From positions 222,607 to 286,606 of the forward strand of contig NW_021836146.1 in the NCBI RefSeq assembly GCF_006345805.1: DNA of 64,000 nt. The letters are read 5' to 3'. Of this stretch, positions 23,834 to 37,744 are shown in pieces (position 1 is the first letter of the stretch; each line of letters opens with the position of its first letter). The stretch comes from Octopus sinensis. Taxonomy: Eukaryota. The position numbers and the translations under genes are program-made. The notes below the pieces were generated by a model, which was not told where the DNA came from, ran no database searches, and saw only the letters and a program-made list of their open reading frames with translations.

Positions 23834-24074
23834 TATATATATATATATATATATATATGTAATATTAATAAAAATATTTTCTACGTAACATTCTTCTCAG
23901 TTATGTACATAACTGAAACAAAATATATCAATCTGTTGAGAAATTAATGAACTTACTGAATAGAGTAAGGTCAGAATTCATAGAAACCAAATGATGGTCT
24001 TTTGCATGCTTCTCCTCGAGTCAGCTTAAGCCAGCAGATTTATAATAAAAGGAGTTCAAAGCATTAATCATATC

Positions 24075-24485
24075 TATTTCTTTATTACCCACAAGGGGCT
24101 AAACACAAAGGGGACAAACAAGGACAGACATAGGTATTAAGTCGATTACATCGACCCCCAGTGCGTAACTGGTACTTAATTTATCGACCCCGAAAGGATG
24201 AAATGCAAAGTCGACCTCCGCGGAATTTGAACTCAAAACGTAACGGCAGACGAAATACCTATTTCTTTATTACACACAAGGGGCTAAACACAGAGGGGAC
24301 AAACAAGGACAGACATAGGTATTAAGTCGATTACATCGACCCCCAGTGCGTAACTGGTACTTAATTTATCGACCCCGAAAGGATGAAAGGCAAAGTCGAC
24401 CTCGGTGGAATTTGAACTCAGAACGTAACGGCAGACGAAATACCGCTAAGCATTTCGCCCGACGTGCTAACGTTTCTGCCAGCTC
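24075..24485 (-). mobile_element. SINE family B, tandem dimer
   Basis: Two units joined at 24258/24259. Confidence 0.9.
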
Positions 24486-24910
24486 ATATCGTCTGCCTTT
24501 CCCTCGCAGTTGGTATCCAAAATTACATTATCTAATGTGGTCATTTAAGGATTGAAGGATGGTAGTAGATCGACCTGACAACTATTTCTAGCACTATGAG
24601 GGACAGCGGAAAGGCTGATTATATATATATATATAAAGGGGTTTGTATGATTGTGTATAGAAGGATATATATTATTCAAAGAAATTCCAACTTTGCCTGT
24701 TTCTTATGTTTTATTCATATTCTTTATAATATTAATGTAGAATATAGAATATATATAGTATAAATAATATATATAGTAAAATGAAATGAAGTATTGATTG
24801 TCTTATTGAATAGATGGAATATTGAATATCAAATATTAAGGAAATATAAGGAACTATACTTTCTTGCATTAAAGCAGTCTTCAAGGTCCCAGATTGTGAC
24901 AGGAGTGTTA

Positions 24911-24950
<40 letters not shown>

Positions 24951-25000
24951 TCACTCACCCACCCGACTCGTGAAACTGATGTAATAGCAAAAATGGGCAA

Positions 25001-25096
25001 AGGTAAAGAATACGCACACCACCCGTTTTCGGTGTTTAGGGATAGATTTAGGGATAGGGTTACGCCGAATACGGGTGGTGTGCGTATTCTTTACCT
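25001..25096. mobile_element. Hairpin MITE with a telomere-like core
   Basis: ~35-bp TIRs AGGTAAAGAATACGCACACCACCCGT.TTCGG.GT around TTAGGGATAGATTTAGGGATAGGG. Confidence 0.65.
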
Positions 25097-25440
25097 CCGC
25101 TGCAAAAGTGTATCAGAGAAAAACATGGAATTGGGAGGCAAAAAAAGTTAAATTTTTAGGCCAAAAATTCATTAACCGAAGGAAACGGTTTTAATTTGCT
25201 CGTTTGCTAGTCTACGAGGCAGCGATACCTATTCTGAAGGTTTACCAATTTCAGACGAGTGTAATAGTAAAAGAGAAAAATGAATTTAATATGCTGAAAT
25301 GGTGATTTTTTACAGCTTGATATTGTAGCAATATCGTCTCTCATTGCTATCTTCACTGTTTGAGAAGAGTATTAAGAATAACCTCGGTCGAGATTACAAA
25401 CATTTTCGGCTAGTTCAACATTGCTGTAAACACTAATTCG

Positions 25441-25660
25441 ATTGGCTGACACGTTGGTCTCTACGTGTTTCGCGCCACTGGGTGACATGTGACACGAGGG
25501 TCCCTCCGAAGTCCGCCACTGATTGACACGTGACGCGAATTGTCTCGACTTATTTTCGCGCCATAGTTCCAAGCAGCCAATCACAGCTTTCCATTTCTGA
25601 AGTTCACTGGGAGCCTGATGAAGCTTATAAAAGAAGGTTTCTCAGACAAATATTCGTCTT
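25441..25660 (+). promoter_or_regulatory. Putative RNA polymerase II promoter
   Basis: ATTGG 25441, TTTCGCGCC 25468, CACGTG 25527, TTTTCGCGCC 25553, CCAAT 25577 and TATAAAA 25626, in non-repetitive CpG-rich sequence. Confidence 0.5.
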
Positions 25661-27828
25661 AGGTTTCCAGTCCTTCTCAGGGCGAACCTCTGACCACACA
25701 GAGCTCGTCTTAGGCTTTTAGTTCTTTTAAGAGCTAAGTCTCTGACTACACAGAGCATACTCGACCAAGTTCCAGTTCGAAAGGCAGGCGACCACCATTA
25801 ATACAAGAGGTTACAGATACCTCTTATACTGTTAGTGTGAAATATCACCATGAAGAACGGTTACAGGATATCTATAACTAGAGAAAAATAACCAAGTAGA
25901 AAATAATGAAGAAGCAGGAAGAACCAATCGACAAACATCGAAGATTTAATTTGTACACAAGACGACTACAGATTCAGCTATAGCGGTTAGGTGAAATTCT
26001 CGCCACGGAAAAAACGGCTACAGTAACATATCTGGAAGTATGTTCATTTCAAGAGAAAGATAAACACAACGAGTGATTCAATTAATCTCAACTGCGATAC
26101 GCAATATCTTGATATGGAAGTCTGACGCTGTACCTCATAAACGGTAAATCAATTATCTGTTCTTGGGTTCTAGTTTCTTCTAAGAACTACCTTAAGCCAT
26201 CTGTTATTACCTGTTACCAGGCCGATACCAACAACATGAACTGTGAATCAAATCCCATCGTCATTTCACTGGTCAGTACCTTTTTACGCCTAACGAACAC
26301 ACAGACACAAAAACTTGCTAACGCTTACGAACTCTTAGAATCCACATGATTGTAAAATATGTAAAATAAATAATGTATATATCTTAAAAAGAAATCTTGT
26401 TGTCATTACAAACTTATGTATATTGCCGCTGCATGTATTATATAGTCAGTAAATAAATTATTAAGAATGGGATCGCGTGCGACTGTCTCTTATACGGTAC
26501 GACCAAGCGTGATCCTATTTTTATAATATCAATGAAATAGTGGAGTTCTAGTTTAAAAAATGATTTGGTCTTTACCTCTTGACAATACTGTCCTTGGTTC
26601 TCGTTGACGTGTACGTGTAAAATCCAAAACATTCCAAAACAAAAACATACCAGTTTGACAATCACTACCAACCAGAAAATTCTTGCTTCGTATTATGACG
26701 TATAGACATGCGCGCGCATCGTTGAACATCGTTTCTACACAGCAATACGTCAGAATGATATTTAGAGGTCTTTGGCTTGAGTGGTCGTCCGCACTTTCAT
26801 CATGTGTATGTGTGTGTGTAAAATAATGGTCTATTCTTACATTGTAGTGTGTCAACAAACGTTTAGGGGTAGAGATACGGTTAATTTAATCAAATTAAAA
26901 CACAACCTGTTCTGATTTCGTTGGCTGTCAACAATGATCTCTTTATGCTTTATGCTTGTTTACGCCTGCACGCGTTATACAACTAGTACACAGAGGAAAA
27001 TAATAAGTACACATAAGGTTTTCAAGAGAAAATCCTTGATTTTTTTTTTTTTAAGATGATTTCTCTGCAAAGGAAAACAAGCAATATTCTGCGCAAATCC
27101 AGTCATAGAAAATAATAGAGGGAACATGGTTGCCTGCTCGAACGAACATTTTTTTTTTCGCTCTTGCTGTTGTTAGCTCAGAGATTACCACCTTTTATGG
27201 GGTCTTTATTCCAGAAATTAGATTAAATACTTATGTCGTTTAAAGGGTTTTTACAAGGCATGGCTTGATGTTATTTGACATTTGACAGAGAGCAAGGGCA
27301 AGGCAAAATTTAAAAAATGCAAATTCTGCCATTGTGAAACCAAAAAAAAGAACAAACCTGGTTTGCAAATAAATTTCAATCATGAAAAATTTTACGTTTT
27401 CAGACGTAAAAAAACAACAATAAAATGTTTTGCGGACATTTTGAAAACATTTTTGACAACAACGACAACCACCGTTATAAACATTAACACACAGATTTGT
27501 CATCGAAAAAAACTACTTCCATGAAGTTAGTTTTTCTCGAATTACTACCAGTGTCGAAATTTTAACCGAAATGGACATGTGACATAATTGTATTGAAAAG
27601 ACTATATTTTTGCCCACAGGATAGAGTGAAAAATGGGCAAGGAGAATGCTTGACTACCTTTGTCTCAAAATTCATGGTGTTCCCCGTAAAAAATAAAATG
27701 ACAATGAATTGTTAATAATAATAATAAGAAGAAGAAGAATTTTTACTACTCTAGGTACAATGCCCGAAATCTTGGGAGAGCGGGGTGGTTGATTAGATCG
27801 ATCCCGTACGCAACTGGTACTTAGCTAT

Positions 27829-28105
27829 TGAATTACACAGACTATGGAAAGAGCGGGTAAAATGTATCCCAGTAGTTATAAGTGCATTAGGAACTATCCC
27901 TAAAGATCTGAATAGATGGATAGAGGAAACAGGCATAAAACTCAGTCTAGTACAGCTCAAGAAAACAGTTGTTATTAGGAACAGTTGGGATAGTTAGGAG
28001 GGTTCTGGCATCTAAGGTTACTCGTTGTAGCCCGATGTTAAGCTTTCTTTTCTTTTCCAGCAGTCTAACTTGTTGAGTGTATATGAAAGCAATAATAATG
28101 ATAAT
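27829..28105 (+). mobile_element. R4/Dong-like LINE 3' fragment
   Basis: LHRLWKERVKCIPVVISALGTIPKDLNRWIEE..LLGTVGIVRRVL matches the C-terminus of restriction-like-endonuclease LINEs; (TAA)n tail. Confidence 0.65.
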
Positions 28106-28621
28106 TTTTACAATGGCAGAAAGGCTACACATTTTGAGAGCGGGCTACTAATTGATTGAAGTAATTTCGTACCATACTTGTTACCAATGTTATCAACTTG
28201 TAAAGAATGAAAAGCAAAATCAAACCCGCAATATCAGAATTCATAAAGCTGACTTTAACTAATATCTAGTTTTATTGGTTTTCTGAATTCATTTAATTTT
28301 AGTTTTTTTTTATTTTATTGTAAATTATTTCAGGTTTAAATGAATGCACCACGCCACCTACCGTTTATTCAGAAATATGACCTGGTTTACCGCTTTATTG
28401 CTCATAATTTGAAGATAAGCGATTTGAGAAAGGAAATGTTTGAAAGATAATACTGAAATTAGGGAGAAAACTAGCAGAAAAGATCAAAACACAAAGGTGT
28501 CTTGTAACAGTGAGTCGAAAGTTTGTGCTTCGTGAATCAATTTATGAACTATGTTGAATGCCCTCTTGGGAGAGAGAGAGAGAGAGAGGGGGGCAGACAG
28601 AGGGAGTGACAATATTGTACT

Positions 28622-28843
28622 CTCTTTTACTCTTTTACTTGTTTCAGTCATTTGACTGCGGTCATGCTTGAGCACCGCCTTTAATCGAACAACTCGACCC
28701 TCGGACTTATTCTTTTGTAAGCCCAGTACTTATTCTATCGGTCTCTTTTGCCGAACCGCTAAGTAACGGGGACACAAACACACCAGTATCGGTTGTCAAG
28801 CAATGTTAGGGGGACAAACACTGATACACAAACACACACACGC

Positions 28844-28891
<48 letters not shown>

Positions 28892-29062
28892 CATATATAC
28901 GACGGGCTTCTTTCAGTTTCCGTCTACCAAATCCACTCACAAGGCTTTGGTCGGCCCGAGGCTATAGTAGAAGACACTTGCCCAAGATGCCACGCAGTGG
29001 GACTGAACCCGGAACCATGTGGTTGGTAAACAAGCTACTTACCACACAGCCACTCCTGTGCA
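28622..29062 (-). mobile_element. SINE family A, full length
   Basis: Near-consensus reverse copy. Confidence 0.9.
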
Positions 29063-30093
29063 CAATTCTTATAATGAAAGGCCAATGCTAAAAGTACACG
29101 ACATAAACCCAGTCTTTAAAGCTTGGAGATACATTCTGAGAAGCTTTATAAACTGAAAGCTTATCTTGTCGTGTCGATTTATATCAATGTTTTCGCTGAA
29201 ACGTTAGTGCCACGATAATTCGGCACAAATGGGAAAGCTTTCATTTCACAATGAGTCAACTGGTTAATAAGAAAACTAAAAGGAAAATAAAACGAGAGCG
29301 TTATCGTTTAGAGATGTGAATTCTCGGTCAAGGATTCACCACACCCGTCATATTCATATATCAAATATAATCTTTTGTATTGTCCTCCGAAATCTCACCC
29401 ATAAACCGAGGCATGTTGCAATAAGAAAAAATGAAATAAATGCATGGAGCATAAAAAGGGAAATATGTTCAAAAACAGGAATATGCGCAAAGCTAATTTT
29501 CTGAATCAAAGCAATTCGCGGAAAAATATGTATACACTTGTACACAACAACTGTTTTTTTTTGTTTTTTTTTTGTGTTACATTTTGATAGGTTACATGTA
29601 TTTGTCATAAGAAAAAAAATACAAAACTAAAATAAAGGGAGAGTATTAGTATAGTCGAAAATCATAAAATCAGTTCATGATACAGAGAAATGTAGATGAC
29701 TGCACATTGGTTGTATTTACATTCTTTACTGATTGATAAGTCAATGTTGCCGTGACATGCTATACCGACCATTATAAATTGTACAAACGATATGAGGCAT
29801 CGCAGAGAAAATGAACAGAGCACTCGACAAATTTAGTATCGAGTTATATATGTATGTGTGTCCGCATATAAACATAGTTATGCATGTTATACAAAAAACG
29901 AACTAAGAGAAATAACTTAAAGTGACCAGTGACATGAATTTGAAAAACAAAGATGAATGAAGGCATATTAAATACTATATAAGATACAGGACTCTTATTG
30001 AAATTATCTTAACTTCGAGAGAAGGTGAACAAACACCTAGTCGCAAATGCGACTGATTGTGAAGCGACACCGACAACTGACGAATAATAACAA

Positions 30094-30478
30094 CTAGCAG
30101 TATCGCCCGGCGTTGCTCAGGTTTGTAAGGGAAATAACTATAAAGCATTTTTTGAGAGTTATAGCCAAAAAATAGCAAAAAAATGGAAAAAAATGATGGT
30201 AAATTTTTTTTTGATAGTTAAAAAAGGTGGAGTTGCGTCCCCTACACAGTTTGTGGTTTGTGTTCCTGATTCTCGACCCCATGTCGAATTTATCGATTTT
30301 TTTCAGAACTGGGGGAACTTTTCAAAATTTTCGCTGCGTTAGTTTTGAATTATGACATTGGGCTATGAGTGTGTCAAGTTTCATCAGAATCGGTTGAAAG
30401 CTGTGGTCAGAGTGAGAGTACAAGCAAACAGACACACAGAAACACGCACAGACAAACTGCCGTTTATATAGAGAGAGA
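30094..30478 (-). mobile_element. Non-autonomous Helitron with the same 3' end but a different 5' half from the 14.4 and 16.5 kb copies
   Basis: CTAG at 30094 with the shared hairpin; 5' TC at 30477-30478. Confidence 0.75.
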
Positions 30479-31524
30479 TTAGCAGGACTCATGCTGACTT
30501 ACATCGTGGAATTTCCATATTTGAAAAAATTATGTTAATATATCAAACACAAGGCAAGGCATTTCAAAAGATTCTTTTGAAAACCCATCGTTTAATCGAA
30601 ATTGTACTTTTAAATTCAAGATTTCTTTTCAGTTCAACTATCTACCTATTTATATATTTATTAACATATCTCTTTATCTGCATATCTATTGGTATATCGG
30701 TAGACTTATCAACTTCCGTGTCTGTCTGTCTATCTATCGTCTGCTTGTCTCATTAATTATCATATACTTTCTTTTCTGCCAATGTATGTATCTGTCTGCT
30801 GTCATAATACTGAAATGTATTTAAACATAAGAAGGAAATAATGATAATAAATAACAACAATATGATAATAACAATAACTCTCTAAATATGTCTTTCTCCA
30901 TTCGATTTACTACTCTTAACGTGATACACGGACAAAACATGAAGACCGCATGAACAAGCAGAACAAATAGATTAGCGTTGGTCGCTTTCGACAACTAACA
31001 GTAGATGGAGTGAGTGTCATGATATCACAACAGTTATGTCATTCTTATGTAAATTTTGGTAGCATTGTATATAAACTGATCAAAGCTATTAAGGACAGCA
31101 AGTGACTGCAGCGTGACCTTTTGATCAGTACATCACGACACGACACGACATCCGAATAGAAGGGGAGATAATACCAAGGATCAATAGACTCGAGAGTTGT
31201 GAGTGTGTGAGAGAGAGAGAGGGAGGGAGAGCAAGAGAGAAATAGATAGATAGATAGATTAGACAGATAGATAGATAGACAGATAGATAGATAGATAGAG
31301 CGTGATGCATATATTAACATAGAATAACAGTACAATATGGAGAAGAAAGTACACATAGAGTCAACAAACAATACAACACCGTTGGTATCATCTTTGAGCT
31401 GGTCTGCAGCTGTATATAATTTTATGATTCCATAATCTGTAAAAGTTATATATAATAACGTGAGGTATTCATTGGAGTACCGAATGGTAAAGACCAGTAA
31501 CCGGTTTATTTTTCCTGGGGCACC

Positions 31525-31946
31525 TAGCATTTACTTTATCGGTGTCTTTTGCCGAACCGCTATATTACGGGTACATAAATACACCAGCACCAGTGGTTAA
31601 GCGTGGAGGGTGACAAACACATACACATATATACACAACAGGCTTCTTTTAGTTGCCACTCATAAGGCTTTAGTCGGCTCGAGACGAGGGCAAGTCCCAG
31701 GAATTTTTCGAAGGGTGGGCACAAAGTCAGATGGGAATACAATTCCAGGAAAAAGGGCGTAATACCATTATTTAGAAGGGCGCACTTCTTGAGGGGAAGC
31801 ATGTGCCCCTTAGCGCTGCCCCCCCCCCGATCTGCCTTTGAACAGCTATAGTTGAAACCACTTGCCCAAGTTGCCATGCAATGGAACTGAACCCTGAACC
31901 ATGTTGTTGGGAAGCAAGCTTCTTCTTACACAGTTACACCTGCGCC
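31525..31946 (-). mobile_element. SINE family A interrupted by a GC-rich MITE-like insert (about 31685-31840)
   Basis: SINE homology on both sides of an unrelated GC-rich insert. Confidence 0.7.
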
Positions 31947-33109
31947 ATACAAGGATTCAAAGGTACTGGTGATGCAGCGTACATAGTTGCTCTCTGTTTG
32001 CTGGCCAGACAGACATGGCACTAATAGAACATGATGGTCACGATTGAAATACTTCTGATTATAGGTTTACTCAATCAGAAACGGCCTGAAGGACTTAATA
32101 ACAACAACACAAAACGAAATATACAAAACGGGTCTTAAGAGAAGATAACTTGCGGTCAACTGTCATTCAATTTTATGGGAGATAATATGAGAAATGTTTT
32201 ACTGCGGTGGAATTTGCTATTGGGTCTTTTCAAACGGCAGAAAGTTGATTAGGAAATTAGTTGCGTTTATGCTTTACTGAAATTTCATGAGTAAACTAAA
32301 CTTAATTTATCAATTTTGAACGTATTCACCAAGACAAAGACTACCGAGATGCGAAATATATACATCAGTAGTATAAAGAAATAAATTTCCCATGATTCAA
32401 TTTGCCACGTTTAGAGGATAAATGCAGACTCTTAAAAAGTTACGCAACGCTCATTGCATTATTTCATGAAATGAAACCAATATTTTGTTTGAAGATGTTT
32501 CTCTGGTCACATACACACACACATATCATTCAAAGTTAAATGATAGCTCCGGAATAAAGGGATTAAACCCCTCGGCGAGACGAGTCTGCTAACACGATTT
32601 TACTATTGGTCACAGCTATATTCAGTTCACTTGTTTTGCTAATGCTCATGGGGAAAAAAACATGAATGTCACGATTAAACTAGAGTCGCTAGGGATATTA
32701 TTTACTGAATGGTTGATACCGTAATATCAAACAGATTATTTGATATTTTGCTACATTCTTTTTTTCTTTTTCCTTCAGTGTTTTTTTAAAAATTCATTTC
32801 ATGTTTATTTGACAAAAAGCTCCTGTATTCAATGAGTTCATTATACAATGAGTTCAAAGATTCGGAGAAATTTTAGGTCGTGAGAAAGATGCGAATTCTA
32901 GTGTTTCGGATAAAACCTCAGAAAACCAGAGAGAGAGAGAGAGAGAGAGAGAAGCGGGCAGAAAGAGAGAGATATGAAACATTTACTTTCCTCCAAAACC
33001 TGTAAACATTTTATCTCTCTCCAAATGACCAGTTTTGTCCAAAACACTAAACTTTTCCTGCTCATGACGAAAAAGTTATTCCACTTTCTTTTTACAAATT
33101 TAATTTGGT

Positions 33110-33500
33110 TCAGTCGATGATATGTAGCCGTCCTAGGGCACCACCTCGAAGAGTTTAGTCGATCAAATCAACTTCAATAGTCATTTTCACTTGTATATTT
33201 ATTCCATCTGAATTTTTTTTATCGAACCACTAAGTTACAGGGGCGTTAAATAAAACAGAATATTAAAAAAAAATACGAACACAGGTTGTTAAGCGGTAAG
33301 GGATTCACACATATATATATATGAATGCATGTATGCCGGACTTCTACACTTTCTGTCTATCAAATTCACCCACAAAGCTTTGTTCAGCCCAGAAATATAA
33401 ATTACTCACGCCCAAGTTGTCGCCCAGTGGAAGTGAAACAAAACCACATGGTTTGCGAAGTGATCTTCTTAGCTATGGAGCAATGGCTCTCTCACGATGC
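33110..33500 (-). mobile_element. SINE family A, highly diverged
   Basis: Patchy homology to head and tail. Confidence 0.55.
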
Positions 33501-33759
33501 ACAACATTACCTTCCTTTTCTTTCTTTCTCTCTTTTTCTCCTTTCTTTCTATTTTGTCTGGGTAATCGTCATCTGTACATATTTCATCATTGGTATCACG
33601 CTGTTATTTAATAAAACACTGAAATCTTCCTCGATAAACATGATTTATTCTCTAGACGATTCTAGCTTTCCGCAGCAGTCAAGTGATCGTTCTTGTGTGT
33701 TTACTGAATGATAATGTCCTTATATATGATTTTAATTTAAGAACTAAGCAATAAGTTTG

Positions 33760-34050
33760 GCAGAGTAGGGTTAATCGATTACATCGACTCATCGACCCCG
33801 AAAGTGAGATTTGAATTCAAAACGTAAAATTCCGGAAGAAATGCCGCAAAGCATTTTGACCGACGCACTTACGATTCTGCCAAGAGGGTCGTAATCTATA
33901 TATTATAATAAAAGCCGTAAATTCCGCCGGGGTTGACTTTACCTTTCATCCTTTCGGGGTCGATAAATTAAGTATCAGTTGCGTACTTGGGTCAATCTAA
34001 TTGACTGGCCCCTCTCCCAAAATGTTGGGCCTTGTGCCTAGAGTAGAAAA
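33760..34050. mobile_element. Two SINE family B fragments in opposite orientation
   Basis: Minus fragment 33760-33882 and plus fragment 33905-34050 with the alternative tail. Confidence 0.75.
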
Positions 34051-34384
34051 GATTATAATAACAGCCGTGTTTCTCTGTCCGTCCGTCTGTCACAACGTAT
34101 TTCAATGTTTTTATGAAAGAAGACGTTCTGTAGAATTTGAAAAATACCCTGTTATGTCATCATTTTCAATTGTGATTTTTCTACATCGACAGTTAGAGGG
34201 ACGTAAATTTTTTTATCTATTTCTTCGTTTGCTGTTTAATTCGTTTGACATATTATAACGTCTTAATTTCCGGATTTTTCTTATAAATACGCGGTCAATG
34301 ATTTTCGAGTGATTTTTTTTTTGACAAATGAAATTACAAAAACCTGGCTATGAAAAATGAAGGTAAAAATAGTGTCAATCATTG

Positions 34385-34625
34385 TTGGGTCCTAGGGAAC
34401 AGTATCGGAAGGCATCAAGAAGAATATAAAGGAAAATAGAACAGAGTGCCCAGTAGAACCGTTACGAAAGGTTTGCCGCCTTGGCACGGCCAGAATAATC
34501 AGGAAAGTATTTGATAGCTGAAAAGAATGAAGAGCATGGTGCCGTAGGCTGCAGGTAGTAAGCCCGCTACGTATGTAAGACTCCAGGAGCTTTAACAAAA
34601 CCTGTGATAAAGAGGTAATAATAAT
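34385..34625 (+). mobile_element. R4/Dong-like LINE 3' fragment
   Basis: LGTVSEGIKKNIKE..PLRKVCRLGTARIIRKVFDS*, then a (TAA)n tail. Confidence 0.65.
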
Positions 34626-34629
34626 ATGA

Positions 34630-34838
34630 TAGCCTTTTCTACTACAGGCACAAGGTCTGGAATTTGGTGGGATGGGGATAGTCGATACATCAACCCCACT
34701 ACTCAACTCGATACTCGACCGAAAGGCTGAAAGGTAAAGTCAACCATGGCGGAATTTGAACTCAGAACGTAAAGATGGACGAAATGTCGCTAAGCATTTT
34801 GCCCGGCATGCTAACGATTTTGCTCGCTCACCACCTTG
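34630..34838 (-). mobile_element. SINE family B with the alternative tail
   Basis: B head and core joined to a CCTTGTGCCTGTAGTAGAAAAGG tail. Confidence 0.75.
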
Positions 34839-34853
34839 ATGATAATAATAATA

Positions 34854-34886
<33 letters not shown>

Positions 34887-36049
34887 TAATAATAATAAGA
34901 AGAACAAGAACAACAACAACAACAACAGCAACAACAATAATATGCTTTTTGCCCTAAGTGTCGGGAAGACACTCGGCAAGAAATGAAAACAAAATTGGAA
35001 GAAAGAAAAAAATAGTAATAGTACTTTCTGCAATAGGGGTGAGGGCTGAAATAGAGGGGGGGGGAAGAACCTCTCGATTATATCAACCTCAGTATCTGAC
35101 AATTATTATGACTGCGATGAAAGGATGACTAACAAGTTTGTCTCGACGGGATTTGAACATAGAACGTAAAGAGCCAGAAAAATGCCGTTCGCCATTTCAT
35201 TCGACACGATTTCATCCGACGCGATTCTTGTCAGGACGCTTTCTTAATAATTATTGTTTTTAATAAAGGCACAAGGCTTGAAATTTCGGAAAGGGTGCTT
35301 GCTAGTCGATTATATCAACCCCAGTTCTTGACTGATATTTTACTTTTTACCGAGTCTGAAAGGACGAAAAGCAAAGCTGTATAATAAATAATAATGTATT
35401 TTGAGAGTGAGTAATGTCCACAAAAAATGATAAACCAATACTGAGAAAGACCCTCGAATGTTGTAGATAAATTTTTGCTTAGATTTCCGAAACAGACTCT
35501 GATACAGTAAAAATCATCATCTAAATACAGAAAGAACAGAGTAGAAGATTATATTCGTATTTTGCTGTTTGGCACGAAGTCGAAGCTGAATTTGTGCGTG
35601 TTAACAGAAAGAGAGAAAGAGAGAGACAGAGAGGTGGGGGAAAAATAGATTGATAGATAAAGCAATAGAGATAGCTAGCTAGATAGATAGATAGATAGAG
35701 AGAGAAAAAGCTATATATATATATATATATTAGAAAAAGAGAGAGCATGTTTGACAGGTTTTTGTGTTTATGCGTGCTTTCCAGATCACGCGTTTGTTTG
35801 TGTCTATGCACTTAGCGAGATAAAAGTGTGCCGAGTTAGGAACGAAACGAAGATAGAATGGAGGCGTATAGGGAAATGAGAAAATGCGTGTGGTAAAGTG
35901 TTTTGACTATATGTGTAGCGCTAAAATGCCATTATAGAAAATAAAAATGATCGTGTAATGCGAGCCAACAAGAAAGTGCATGAAGCGATAGTTGAGAAAA
36001 TGAAGGAATAGAGGGAAAGAACGAATCTATATTACACCCACACACACAC

Positions 36050-36050
36050 G

Positions 36051-36086
<36 letters not shown>

Positions 36087-36195
36087 ATTATATACATTTA
36101 CACACGTGCCTGCGTGTATTCCCGTATACTCGCGCATGAATATGTATATATATATGTATATGTAAATATACATATATATATATGTATATGTAAAT

Positions 36196-36236
<41 letters not shown>

Positions 36237-36380
36237 CATATGTGTGTATGTTTATTACTATGTATATGTGTGTGTGACTATATATATGTATATATATATA
36301 TATATATACATTGTGTATGTTTATTACTATGTATATGTGTGTGACTATATATGCGTATATTATGTATATAAACATATCCT

Positions 36381-36417
<37 letters not shown>

Positions 36418-36677
36418 CATCTGTATATTTACATATAATATATTTACATATATATATATATTTACATATATATATATATTTACATATATATATATATTTA
36501 CATATATATATATATTTACATTTACATATATATATATATATATATATTTACATATATATATATATTATATATATATATAATATTTACATATATATCTATA
36601 TATATATATATATATAATAATTTACATATATAATATATATATATTTACATATATAATATATATATATATATATTATT

Positions 36678-36774
<97 letters not shown>

Positions 36775-36779
36775 ATATA

Positions 36780-36817
<38 letters not shown>

Positions 36818-36830
36818 CACACTTACATAT
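36050..36830. repeat. Compound (TA)n / TTTACATATA microsatellite array
   Basis: Directly visible. Confidence 0.9.
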
Positions 36831-37084
36831 GTGTTATGTTTATTACTATGTATATGTGTGTGTGTGTGACTATACATGCGTATATTATGTATACAAACAT
36901 ATCCTTAACTATATATATATGCACACACACACACACATACATACCCATGCATCTTTTTACACACACACATACACATACATACACTTACATGACGTACGTC
37001 ATGTAATTGAGTCACAATGGGTGAAAAAGCAATGTTAAGTTAGGAAAGTTGAAGAGAAAGAGAAAAGCATTAGAAAATATAAAG

Positions 37085-37127
<43 letters not shown>

Positions 37128-37744
37128 AAAGCATACAAGAAAAGGGGAGGAGTGGAGGAGAAGAAGAAGGAAATGGTAGGAGAAAACCAAAATGAAGTTG
37201 AGAGGGAATAATAGAAAGCGAAAATGGAAGAAGAGGTAGAGAAGAAGAAATGATGTAAAATAAGGATATGATGGGGAGAGTGTGAGGAAGAATTGGAGGA
37301 AAGGAGAAACTGAAAGGAAGCGACAGTGAGAAAATTTAGAAGGTTGAGGGATAAAGAATACCAGAATGTGAAGAATAAGAGAATAAAGAAAATAAATCGA
37401 AGGAGAGAGAGAATGGGAGGAAGAGCGAGAGATTGTGTAAAGGAGAAAGAGAGAGGGAGAAATATAATGAAAGTAGGAAAAAGAGAGTTAGTGGGGGGGG
37501 GGAATTTAATGCTGAATTGAGAGGGTGGAAGATTTGGGAATTAATGTGCAGAGAGAAAGAGAGAGAGGGAAAGAAAGAAAGAGAGAGAGAGAGAGAAAGA
37601 GAGAGGGGTGGGAAGAAAGAAAGAGAGAGGCGAAAAGAAAGGAACAGAAAGAGAGAAAGTAAACGAAGTGACAGAGTGAAGAAGGATTAACAGAATGAAT
37701 AGGCAAACAGGTGGAGAATAATCGCAGGGGGAGATAGAAGGAGA

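Noticed and set aside
24835-24885. Minus-strand hammerhead-like TTGAAGA-CTGC..GCAA-GAAA motif
   Set aside because: C3U without the G8A compensation, and stems I and III do not pair cleanly; at best a decayed copy.
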